From Geosiphon pyriformis uo1 (lineage: Eukaryota > Fungi > Glomeromycota), in the NCBI GenBank assembly GCA_016748015.1, contig JAAOMT010000429.1, positions 248,001 through 312,000 on the forward strand: 64,000 nucleotides of DNA, written 5' to 3'. The position numbers were made by a program, and so were the translations under genes. The notes beneath the pieces are model-generated. The model did not search any database. It saw only the letters and a program-made list of their open reading frames with translations, and was not told the origin of the DNA. Of the stretch, positions 52,400 to 64,000 are shown piece after piece (the stretch's first letter is position 1; each line of letters starts with the position of its first letter).

Positions 52400-55300
52400 T
52401 TTTCTGTTTAATTTGTCACATATTTCACTATTTCTTAAGAAACAAATTTTTTGTTATTAAATTTGCTGTTACTATAAGTGGTTTTGCTATTATAAAGAGA
52501 TCAGCCAAAGTTTTGGCTTTGGATTTGGTCAGTGGCAGCTTGGCTTAATAGCAGAAAATACTTTTGAGCAATATTAAGCATTCTGTTAATAAGACTAATA
52601 TAAAGTTTAGAGCTAAGCAGATTATTAGGCAATTTACTAAAATAAATACAGATAAAAAGATGCTAATAGGTTTTTTTACAAATGTTAAAACTGATTATAG
52701 TTCTAACAATAAAAATAAAAGCTGTTTTGACTTAAAAATAAATACTTTAAAAGCCAAAAAAATCAATATTAGTAAATTGGTTAAGTTTTTTATTGGCACT
52801 CTAAAATACAGCTCAGATAATAATAAATACTATTTTTCTTTTGCTTTTTGATATTATTGAAAAAAAATAAATTGATTCCAAAATTGTTAAAATTTAGATA
52901 AAAATAATGGTTAAAAATTTTTTTATATTATATATCAATTTATTAACAATAAAAAACAAATCAGCAACTGCAAAAACTCAAACAATTAGAAAATTTATTT
53001 TATTAATTAATAGTTTTAAAAGAGCCACCATTTCCTTAAAATTTGAAAAAAAAATTAGATCTACATTTATATTAAAAAAAAACATAGAAAAAGCCGTATT
53101 ATTGGCTAGAAAAAAAGATATTATGATAAACAACAATCTTAAAACACAGAAATTTCATTTAAATTAGACTGTAGTTATTAAAAAAATTTCCATAAACATA
53201 TTAAAGAAAATAATTAGCACAGTTTTTTTCGAGTTTAGTCAAATAGTGTCAATCCAATTGCAATTTATTGAACTGTAACAAAAAACTGTAGTAGAGTTTG
53301 CTAAATTAAATCAAGCCGATTATTTGGTATTTAAATAATTCTTTTTAATTAAGAAAAATTCAGTGTGTATAGCCAAAACTATAAAAAATTATAATATTTA
53401 GATGTTTAGAGATTGGTTTAAAGCACTCTTGTTTATTTTGTTTGTAAGAATATCTGTTCATAATCTGAATGTTTATTAAAAAAAACTAGTAAAAAAGCAT
53501 GTATAATTAATTGATTATTTGAAACTGACAATAGAGTCTATTATACTGTAATTGGTTTTAAATTAGAAGAATATTTAAATTCAGTATTTTACATAAAGTC
53601 AATTTTTGGTAGTGTAAAGTTTTTTTGAACTAGACTGAATTTAATTTATTGTAAAAATTGTAAATATTTTGGATATTTTGTTCTAAAATATAATGTACCA
53701 AGTATATTTGTCTCTTGATTTTTAAAAATATATAAGAAGTTTGTTTTGAATATAGATTGCTTTCAGTTGGCCAAGTTGTATACAAAAAAAGTGTTTTTAT
53801 CTTATATTTTACTGTTTTTAATAGCAAATTATGGGCTTAAATAGTTTTATTGGTTTTTGTTCTTAATAATATTTACTTTGGTTTTAATTCTGATTTGTTT
53901 TTTTTAGTGTTTTATGTCTTGATAAAGTTTTCTTTGCTCTGCATAATAATTTGTTTATTAATACTTATCTGGCTTTTTTAAAATATTTTTTAGAACTTCT
54001 GACTAATTAAGTGTTTAGTATTATTTAAAAACTAAGTATTGCAAATTTAGTACTCTTGGTTTCTGTTTTTCAATTCTTTGCTTTAACTGTTTTTGTATCT
54101 TTGAATTTAAGTTTATATTTAGATATAATTTAGATAACTTGTAGATATTGTCTTTTTTTTTTTAGTGGCAAAAATTATAATTTCAATTTAGGTTTAAGTA
54201 GCTTTAAGATTTTAACTATTAAGATAAACAGCTTGGAATCAAAGGTAATTGATCTTAAAATCTCTGTTAATTTAGTTTTAACAAAATTAAATTGTGTTTT
54301 GGCTTAAATTTTTTGATATATTTTTTATCTTAATAACTAATTATATTTGGAAATTTGCAATGTACAATATTAAAAAGATAAACAATTTGGCTAAACAAAA
54401 GAATATTATTAGATAGTATAAAAATTCTGGCAATTTGGTTTTTATATTTACTAAAATAAACCTAAAAAAACAAACTAAGCCTTGGATTAAAAACAAATTT
54501 TCAGATATAAAAGTTTTTATTTTTGGCTTGCATACTGGTTATCTAAATTCAGAAATAACAATAGTTATAATTAATATTCTTGTTTAACATATGTGCAAAA
54601 TTTCTGAAATCTCGAATTATATTTTATTTATTTATAATAAGTTTAATGTTTTTTAAGATGACAACTTCTTGGTTTTAAAAGATACTTTAACTTAATTTTT
54701 TATGTTTGTCATTAATTTAATAGTAAAAGATACTTTGAAAAAAAACTAAGAACTGTAATTAATTTTATAAAATATATATAAAGCTTATAATTTGATTAAA
54801 TAGCATTATTTAAAAGCTAGTTTAAGATATATTAAAATGTTTAATAAGTTTATAAGATTTTTTGAAAATAAATATTTAAACAGAATTAATAAAATAATTA
54901 TTAATTTTTGTTTTTTAAATAATTATAAGATGCTAAATAAACTTAATTAAAGCAAAGTGTTTTTACTGCATTTTTAAAAAAATTTTTATGATTTTTTATT
55001 GTATAAAATAAAAAAACATGAATATTTATCTAAATATAAATTAATACAAACTTAATAATAAAAACAGACAAAGTAGAAATTAGTAGAAAAAAATCTTTTT
55101 TTTTGTAATTGGTGCTTTTATTAATAATACAATTTAAGTTAAAAATAGTTAAGCTTTAATATAGTATATTTTATAAGATCAATAACATTTTTATCAATAA
55201 TAATAAAACAATAGCTATCCTTATTAATCAAAAAGTTATAAATACTTCTTTGTACATTACTAATTAACCAATTTTTATTGTCAAATATAATAAATTTTAC

Positions 55301-57445
55301 AAATATTAAGAAATTTTTCTGTTAATAAAAAGTATTTCTAAGCCAAGTTTTGTCAAAACTTATTTAAATATTAGGTTTTTTTCAAATATAGTTCTTAAAA
55401 AAACTTTGTTAAACAAACAGTTTTCTTATTTGGTTTTGGTAGTTTTGTAATCTATAATTAATTATCAAATATAATTCAGTTTTATGTCTAAGAACATATA
55501 TTAAAAATAAAATATTTTAATAAAAAAAGAGATTAAATTTAAGACCAATTTGCAAAAAAACTTTTTAATAAGACTTTGTATTACTAATTTCTTTATAAAT
55601 TGGTTTTTTTTAAGTAAATACAAGTAGAGTTTAAAGTAGTTTTAATAGTCAAATTTTTAATTTAGCAAAAATTTTTGAATATTTGTTTGAATATTGTTTT
55701 TTGAATTTGTAAATTTTAGGTTGAATATCTTTAAATTTATTGCAGTACTTGGTCAAATTGAAAGTCAACTCTGTAAATAATTTATTGACAAATATTGTAA
55801 AAATATTTTTGAATAATAAAATTTTTTGGCCAATAATTTGTTTAATATATTTTATAATATTGGCTGCTTTTTAATATTTGGAATATTGAAAAATTTCTAT
55901 TATTTTAGTATAATTTGCTCTTTTAAATATTTTAGTATTGTATTTGAAAACAAGTTATTAAACAAACATAAACAAATTATAAATTAGAAAACTTTTTGTT
56001 ATTGAAAAAAATTGTGTTTTAGAGATTTAGTTTTATTATAGTTTAAAAAAACTTTGATTTATATAAATAATCTTTTTGTTGAATCTAATCAGATTATTTT
56101 TAGTTTTGACTGTTTGTACATTTTTAGTTTGTAAAAGTTTTTAAATATTTAAAAACATTTGTATAAATTATAGATAAAAGTAATAAGTATTTATATTAAT
56201 AGTTTATTAAAAAGCTTTACAACTATGGTTTATTTTTCTGAAGTTAAAATAAGCATAAATATTAAAATATATAAATTACTGTTTTTAGTAATAATAAAAT
56301 TATAGATAATTGCTTTGACATTAGAATATATTTATTTTTTTTGTTTAGTAATTTTGCATATAAACTGCCAAACTGTGATAAGTACATGTGTTTTAAAGCT
56401 TAAGCTTAATTAGTTTAATTTTTAAAACAAGTATTAAATAAAATATTATCATATAATTAATTTAATTAAATCAAAAATATTTTGTAAAGTAAATAAAAAT
56501 TATGAGTTATTTAAATAATACTGACAATAATTAAGCAGAAGATTTTATGTGTATTGTAACATAGTCTTATTTAGCTCTTTTTGTTAAAATTTATAAAAGA
56601 TTTATTTTAGCTAATAGTTTAATTGTATTAAACAATACTTGTTATTTTGCTCACAATATTTATTAAACAATTTGTCATGTTTTATAAAAAACAGATTTTA
56701 ATACAGAAATTATAAATAGCTTATTTATTTGAAGCATAAATTGGATTTGTACTGTTTTGGTTTAGTATTCAAATATTTATATGTATTTTAAATTTACTAG
56801 CAAACTTTCAGCTGCTTTTTATATATATTTGATAAAAACTGTTTATAAAAGATTGTTAATTACAGTTAGAAAAAAGCTTTAAAATAAAAATTATTTAGGT
56901 ATTTTGTATTTAATATATAGTAAAATTATACTGTCTAATTATGTATTTACTTGTTCAAAAAACAGCTTTGTATAATTTGAAGTTTTGCTTGATTACATTG
57001 AATTGTAAAAGTTTTTAATAAGAAGTTGTTTGCTTTTATTATCTTTAGTATTATGCCTTTTTATTAAAAACTTTGAATATTGGTGTTTATACAATTTTGT
57101 ATAAAGACTTTGTTTTTAAAAATTAGATTAATAAAGCAATGTTGATTTTTAATAATAAAAAAAAGACTGTATCAATAATAATTAATTTTGTTTATTATTT
57201 AGTTAAGAATTATTACAATAAGTTGTAGATATTTAAATTAAGAATAAACATAAAAAAAAATGGTTTGGTAAATAATAAAAAAGTATTGTCTGGTGTTTTT
57301 TACAGTCTGTTTAGTTTTTTGTCAATTGGAATAATTTGTTTGCTAGATATTATAGAGTTATTTATTGTTAATCTTAGATTATATAAGACTTGTTTATTCT
57401 TTTTAGATGTAAACAATAGTGTAAAAATTTGTATAAGTATGTAAT
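52400..57445 (+). mobile_element. Degenerate non-LTR (LINE) retrotransposon: ORF1 plus APE endonuclease, RT and RNase H
   Basis: APE start IWKFAMYNI..INN (~54346; ancestral xATxNVxGxN). RT GAFINNTI*V (55111; FVDD). RNase H SIYINSLLK (~56186; VYTDGS), then KL*IIALTL (ELxAIxxAL). ORF1 remnants at 52564-53900. Confidence 0.85.
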
Positions 57446-57472
57446 ATTGCTTTAATTGGTCCAAATAGCTGG

Positions 57473-57625
57473 TATTATTAGTAGAATTTTAGTCATTAAT
57501 TAACATAAAATTATCTTTATAATTTTTATTATCAATTAATATATATTATTATCATTTTAATTATTACTTATTATTTAATTAAACTATCAAATATTACTAT
57601 CCAATTAATAATCTAATTTGTATGA
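57473..57625 (+). repeat. Truncated copy of the 5' part of the adjacent LTR
   Basis: AGAATTTTAGTCATTAATTAA.ATAAAATTA...ATTAATAATC.AATTTGTA recurs at 57636-57779. Confidence 0.75.
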
Positions 57626-58599
57626 TGTTATCAACAGAATTTTAGTCATTAATTAATATAAAATTACCCTATTAGTTCTTATCATTAATTAGCATATATT
57701 AATATTATTTCAATTATTACTTATTACTTAATCAAATTATTAAATAACACTATTTTTTTTATTAATAATCCAATTTGTACAAATAGAAATTAGGATGATC
57801 AAATTACACAATACTCCGAACTATGTAATATTCAAGAATTCACTAAAATTTGCAGAAATTCGCCAAAATAATGAATAGTTCACTGAAATAATTAATAGTT
57901 CGATGAAATAACTTGTCATTTGACAAAATATATTTTTAGTTTGTCGAAATTATAGCAAAGAAAAAAGTTCAAGTTTATAGACTAGTATTACAACAAGTTG
58001 TATAAAAGAAAAACTTCTCTTTTTAAGAAAATATATTTTATTATAGATATTTTATCTTCTTTAGAATTATTTTACAGCACAAATTCAAAATAAAAATATA
58101 CTTTGAAAACTAATTCTTAAAATAATTACAATCAAAATTTTCTAAAACCCAATTAATGTTGTGAAATTAATTAGCTATTATTTTCAGTAAACTGTTAGTT
58201 ATTTCAGACCTTGACCAGAAAACAATTTTTTTAACAAAATTTTATTTCTTTTATATTTCTTTTATATTTTTCTTCTTTTCTGATTATAATTATTAGGGTA
58301 GCCTACAGACAAAATTCCTGTAAAATAGTTGACTTTTACAGCAAAATAACTACACATTTTTAGTGAGCTTTCAGATGAGCAATTTTTGGAAAAAATTTGA
58401 TGTTTACTACAATATAACTATACAAAGTAACTGGTATAGAATTGGCTATTCTACTTAAAAGTCCAACAATTTAAATTATAAAAGATAATTTGAAAATAAA
58501 TTCAATTATCAGAGGTTTAACTGCTTTTAAAAAACGTTAATTAACAGCAAACAAATATTAACAACAATTATAAAAAAAGACCAAAAACTTTTAGTAATA
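57626..58599 (+). repeat. Putative 5' LTR of the Ty3/Gypsy element
   Basis: Begins TGTTAT and ends GTAATA (decayed GTAACA). Followed after 2 nt by a PBS-like TGGTGCTTTC at 58602. Confidence 0.6.
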
Positions 58600-61500
58600 T
58601 TTGGTGCTTTCTTATAGATATAACACAGCAATAACAACTTTAAAATAGCAATCACAACTGACATAACAATTCTAGAGTACTATTAATCAATTTATATTTA
58701 CTACAAGCAAAGATTCAATATTTAAGATTGAATTGAAATTTTCAAGAAATCATTATAACAATACATTAAAAACTGCATCAATAATTAATTTTCTGCAAAC
58801 TATAATATTTCAGAAGTTAAAAACAACCTTTACAAAAATTTATTACACTATTTTTACTTAGAAACAGAAAACTTTAATAATAAAACACTTGACATCTATT
58901 TCTAAAAACTCAATTTCAATATAATTTAATATTGTGAAAAAAAATATTTGGTTTAATCTAAATACTTTCTTGACTTTAAATCAAAACCAAAAAATAACAA
59001 CAGTAAAAAACAGAAAAAAAAAACCTTTTAAGTTAGCTATACAACTCACAACATACTAAGAACAACTGCTAAACATTTGTAAACATTCAAACAAAGAATT
59101 AGTGTTAAATTGTCACTTTTTATTACACTATTTCTACTTTTATTTGCTCAACCACAAGCACCTAATTTATTTTTTATCTAGTTTTTAAGACCAAAAAACT
59201 TTATTTTACCAAAAAGTCTAACACAACAGTTAAAACAAATCATTACTAACACAAACTTTTTTGACTTTTTAGCAAAAAACCAAAGTAATTATTTCAATAA
59301 CAATGAAAACACTTCTAAATTTACTGTAAAAAAAACTAATAAAAATAACAACATAAAAGACATAGCAACTACTTATATCACAAAAATTACTAAATTCACA
59401 GGAAAAATTGCTAACACCAGTCTACAAAAATGACTTGACAAAAACACCTTTATTACTCTCTAAAACTAATTTTAAAACATTAAACAAAAATTATTTGAAT
59501 TTATTATGACTTATTTAAGGTAGGTCAACAAAATTTTTTGATGAATTTAACAATTAAAAACCAATAAATATTACTTTAATATGCAAATTTTAAATAATTT
59601 ATAGCCAGATTAAAAAATAAATTAATCAAGAAAGTTTGTTTCTATGTTTTAACAAACTTAGCTACAGTTATTTAACATGCAAAAAACTATGAAATAGCAA
59701 TAAAAAAAGCAAATCACACTAAACTTATCAATTTTACAATTCACAAAACCAGTTTAACAGCTAAAAAAAAATTAACCAACTTACCAAGAAAATAGAAAAT
59801 TATTTTATTAATTAATAACAACAAAAATATTAGCCATTCTAAAGATACAATCAAAATAACTATCTATCATTATCAAACAACTAATCTTAAAGCTGTTACT
59901 ATTGTAAAATTTTAGAATACTAAAAATAAGATTGCCAAAAGATACAAAGAAACTAACAATCAAGAAATAATCAATATTATTCTCAACTTCAGCAATTTCA
60001 CTACCAGTTTTTACTACCAACTTATTATTTATTAAGATTTTAATATCAGAACAATTACTATTTATTTGTTTTATAACTCATTCAACAACAATATTCACAA
60101 TTATTAGCACAGTAATATTAAGTACTTGCTTGAAAATTAGCTCAACCCAATCAATTTGCATTTCAAAACTAATTTACAACAAACAACAACTAATCAAATC
60201 CCAACAATTAATTAGTTCTTTAAAATCCAGTTTAACAAAAACTCAATTATTATCATATACAACCAAGTTATTTCACAATATTAGAAGAATCAAATTTTCA
60301 ATAAACTGCACTTTTTGAAAGTGAAGCTGCAGCTTCAAAACAAAACTCTTCCAATAATATAATTTCATTAGTTAAAATTGTCCAAAATACTAATTTTTTT
60401 AATATATTTTTATTTAAATTTAAAGCAAATAAATCATCATTTTTGCTTAGTAATACAGTTATTACAGAACAAAAAGCAATTACAGTTATATATACAGAAG
60501 CTAAAATTAAAAGAGAACCAATTTGGTTAATTTTAAACAATAAATCTACTAAAAGCATTATTACCTATTAATTAATATAACAGCTATAGCAAAACATCAA
60601 CAGATCTGCCCAAACAGTAATTGTTACAGCCAATAGCATAAAAAAAACTTTAATAAGAAAAATTAATAACTTCTCATTCATTATTAATGAAATTACCATT
60701 TTAATTAAAGTTCTAGTTATAAATACACTTCAACATTAAGTTCTTGTCAAAAATAATTGGCTTCTCAAAGCCAATGCAAATTTAGATTGGAAAATCCAGA
60801 AAATCAAAATTTCATATTAAGAACATTATATCAGAATATTTGTTATTTGTGATACTTTCAATAAACAATTAAAAAAAGCCTCTATATTCGAATTTAAAAA
60901 GAAAAAAAAATGCCAATTACCAAAACCTATATGGTTTTTGGATTAACATCTAATTAGACCAAGAAAACAGAACAAAAATTTTTTAAAGAAATTAGAAAAT
61001 AGAATATTGTTCACTATTTTAAACCAAAACTATGAAAACAACCACTATATATTCTACTTAAATACAAAAACTACAACAAGAAGCTTTTATTAATAAAAGC
61101 TTGTATATCTCCAGAAGAGAAATATAAAACACATATTTGCTATTACTATAAAGCCTATACTAGGAACGATTTGAATACTCCAAACAAAATATAAAATGAG
61201 ACAACATTTCTTGTTTTACATGCAAAAAAATGCTACCAAAAGAATACAACTGAATTAATATTGCAATAAAAGGAAGAATTTGTGATCAAATCTGCCAATA
61301 TATACTCTTAATTGTAGAAAAAGTAAAAAAAAACTCTATTTGATACTATTTACAACAATGCTTTTAATAAATTTTATTATTATTCATATGATGCTAAAAT
61401 AATCTATAAATTGGCTATGGTTCTAATTAATAGAAGAATCCAAGAAGATGTTTGCCAAATGAAAGAAGCTAAATACATTAAATACATTTTTAAAATTACT

Positions 61501-64000
61501 GAATATAATTACAAAGATAAAGTCGAAACTTATTACCAAATTGTAAGTTATACTTACTTGATTCAAAAAGCTTAAATTCAATAATTAAAGCAAATAAACA
61601 TTCAATTATGCAAAAAATACATCATGTTTTGTGATAACAAATAGTGTTCAGAATACTATGCCTTTAATATTTTATTGTTCAATAAAAATAACCAAGAAGA
61701 AATTGAATTTGAAAAACTTGAATTAAAGAAAAAACTGCCAACCATATCAATTTACTTGCTTAAGAATTAATCAGCCCTACAATTTAAATACTTTAACAAT
61801 AATAATCAAGGAATTAAGCCTAAAAAACTCATAAAATTGATGCAAAATATGATCTATAATATTTTAATAAAAATATTTTAGTCTTTTAATTCAAGTTCTT
61901 AACAAAAATCAATCTAAAAATTGTTCTCAAAATTCTATCAGGAGCAATGATTCAAATTGCTTCTCAATCATTATTAGCAAGCAAAGAAATCATTATTAGA
62001 AAAGGAATTATAAATGCAAGATATATTAAAAACATTACAATCATGTTACAAAACAAAATTAAACATGTTAAAAAAATTGTCCAAGCAATTTATTTACTCT
62101 TAATCAACATTTTAGATTTATAACTAGTCAATCAAAAAAAACAATTAGGTAAAAGCAATAAAAAAACTCAAACTTTTGGTTTAACTGGACGTTTTACAGT
62201 TTCAATAAACATAGTTTTCAATATACAAAATGAATTTTACCCGATTCTTTAACTTTCCCAACCAATTATTATTTTACTTTTTGAAAAATATTATGAAATT
62301 TATATTTGCTTAAAACCTACTACCACACAACAAATTTGTACAAAGCATGAAATCTCAATTTCAAATGTTTATATTCTGAAAAGAATGAAAAAATTTCGAG
62401 TTACTTTTTACAATTTCAACAAATATTCTATTGTTTTATTAAATAGATTAAAAATTAAAATCATACATAATAATATCTTTTAAGAAAAAGCTTTTTAAAT
62501 TGTCTTTAATTTCATTAAAATCATAAAACACACTCTTTTTTTAAACCCAAATATTCTGCCTACTACTAAAAACTACCATTTTACTAAAAAAAAACTTTCT
62601 TAAATCAATATAGATCTCTTGAAATCCCAACAACAAAAACAATTAAAACAGTTAATTATTGAATATGCTAATATATTTGTCAAAAACAACAATAATCTGA
62701 GAAAAATTGACATTGTACAGCATCAAATTCACACAAAAAATATTCTATTAAAATGCTAACAAGTCTATTAAGTCCTATTTGCTAACCACCAATTTATGAA
62801 AAAAAAATCCAAAAAATGTTTAACAATAAACTGATTTAACCATCAAAAAATTTATGAATCTCACCAATGATTTTTGTCAAAAAAAAATAGCAAGATCCAA
62901 TTTTGTGTAGACTATTATTAACTTAATAATATAATAATTAAAAATACTATTACAGATAATTATTTAGGGTGTTAAAACAAATAACAAACCTGTAACTTGG
63001 TGCTCAATAACTAGTAATGCTAATAATTTCTGAAGGTTTTGGTTGAATCTTTTGTATAATAAACAAAAATTCAATTAATGGTTTTTTTTCATAAATTTCT
63101 TTTTTCAATATAGTGGCTGGTTTATTTTAATAGTCATGTTTTTCTGATAAACTACTCTTAAATTCTATTTCTATTCTTAGGTTTTTTATCAGGCTATCCT
63201 TGATGTCAAATACTTAGCACTTAATCCCTTTAATCAATTAGTAAATATAAAAAAATAAAATAAATAAATAAAAATAAAAAATAAAATAAAAAATTAGAAT
63301 TTTATTAATAGTTGTAATCAAAAGCTATTGGTTCAGTATGGTTAAGTATTGAATTTTATTAACATGAAGTATTGATAGAATAAAATGAATTAATATTTCT
63401 TTAATCAAGTAATAATAATATAGATTTGATAATAATAAATAATTTTATTTGATATAAGAATAATTTTACTTCAAGTTATAGAAAACTATCTTTTGAAAAA
63501 AAGAGTATTGTTTTAAATTAATTTAAACTCTGTTAAATTCTCTTAAAATTATTTTTTCTGCTTTTAATACTCTTGCTATATATATATAATTTATATTATA
63601 TGAAATTTCTGAGAATTTTGTAATTCTTCAAGAAAATTCTGGCATTCTAAAATTCTGCAATTCTCTAAGAAAATTCTGGAATATTTTGTTTTACTATGTC
63701 TATTTTTGATTGACTATTTATTTATTATTATAATTCCTAATTTCTATAAATACTAATGCTTACTTCCTTTTAAGAATCAACAATATACTAGATGCTTTTG
63801 GAAAAGCCAAGTTTTTCTCAACTTTAGATTTGAAAAGTGAATATTGACAAGTTAAAATGAATCTAAAAGACCACACCAAAACAGTATTTGCCACACAATA
63901 GAGAAATTACAAGTTTAATATTATGTTTTTTGAACTCTGTAATATACCAGCAACATTTTAGAAACTAATAAATGTTGTTTATAAAAGACTTTTGTAGTAA
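58600..64000 (+). mobile_element. Degenerate Ty3/Gypsy internal region: gag, aspartic protease (~60480-60860), Cys-rich region, dUTPase (~61780-62130), RT (~62600 to past the window end)
   Basis: Protease LILNNKSTKS (LILDSGSxGS) and VLVKNNWL (LxGxDWL). dUTPase DAKYDL, SQSLLA, GIINARY, KIVQ. RT FCVDY..LN, LDLKSEY*Q, KTVF, MFFELCNIPATF*. Confidence 0.9.
62948..63755 (-). mobile_element. Nested ~0.8-kb solo LTR inserted in the Gypsy RT
   Basis: The RT reading stops at ..IIKN and resumes at NAYFLLRI. Flanked by AATAC/AATGC (TSD-like). Similar to 31498-32270. Confidence 0.75.

Noticed and set aside
52564-53167. K/N/I-rich ORFs in the ORF track (also 59808-60558)
   Set aside because: Stop-free pieces or antisense shadows of mutated retroelement ORFs, not host genes.

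Overview
AT-rich eukaryotic (fungal) DNA with short GT-AG introns of about 70-130 nt and one 900-N assembly gap. The gene families (BTB-BACK-TLDc, KCTD-type BTB, SAM methyltransferase, lipase class 3-like) and the repeat landscape suggest Glomeromycotina, possibly Geosiphon-like; this is inference, not a database result. Manual splicing recovers eight genes: two paralogous two-finger GATA factors, two lipase class 3-like genes that both lack the catalytic Ser, a SAM methyltransferase, a BTB-BACK-TLDc protein, a 387-aa helical protein with a central hydrophobic hairpin, and a universal stress protein that the ORF track misses. There is also a frameshifted KCTD/BTB pseudogene and one or two decayed lipase-like copies. 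Mobile DNA includes Tc1/mariner relics, a near full-length LINE (APE-RT-RNase H), and a Ty3/Gypsy element carrying a dUTPase and split by a nested solo LTR. Four signals stand out: (1) retroelement motifs are destroyed almost entirely by C->T/G->A transitions on both strands, outside CpG and with few indels (RIP-like); (2) a family of anchored pseudo-lipases occurs twice next to GATA factors with an atypical CX2C-X16-CX2C second finger; (3) a candidate alpha-pore-forming-toxin-like protein; (4) a dUTPase-bearing Gypsy element. All exon models and motif readings were made by hand.
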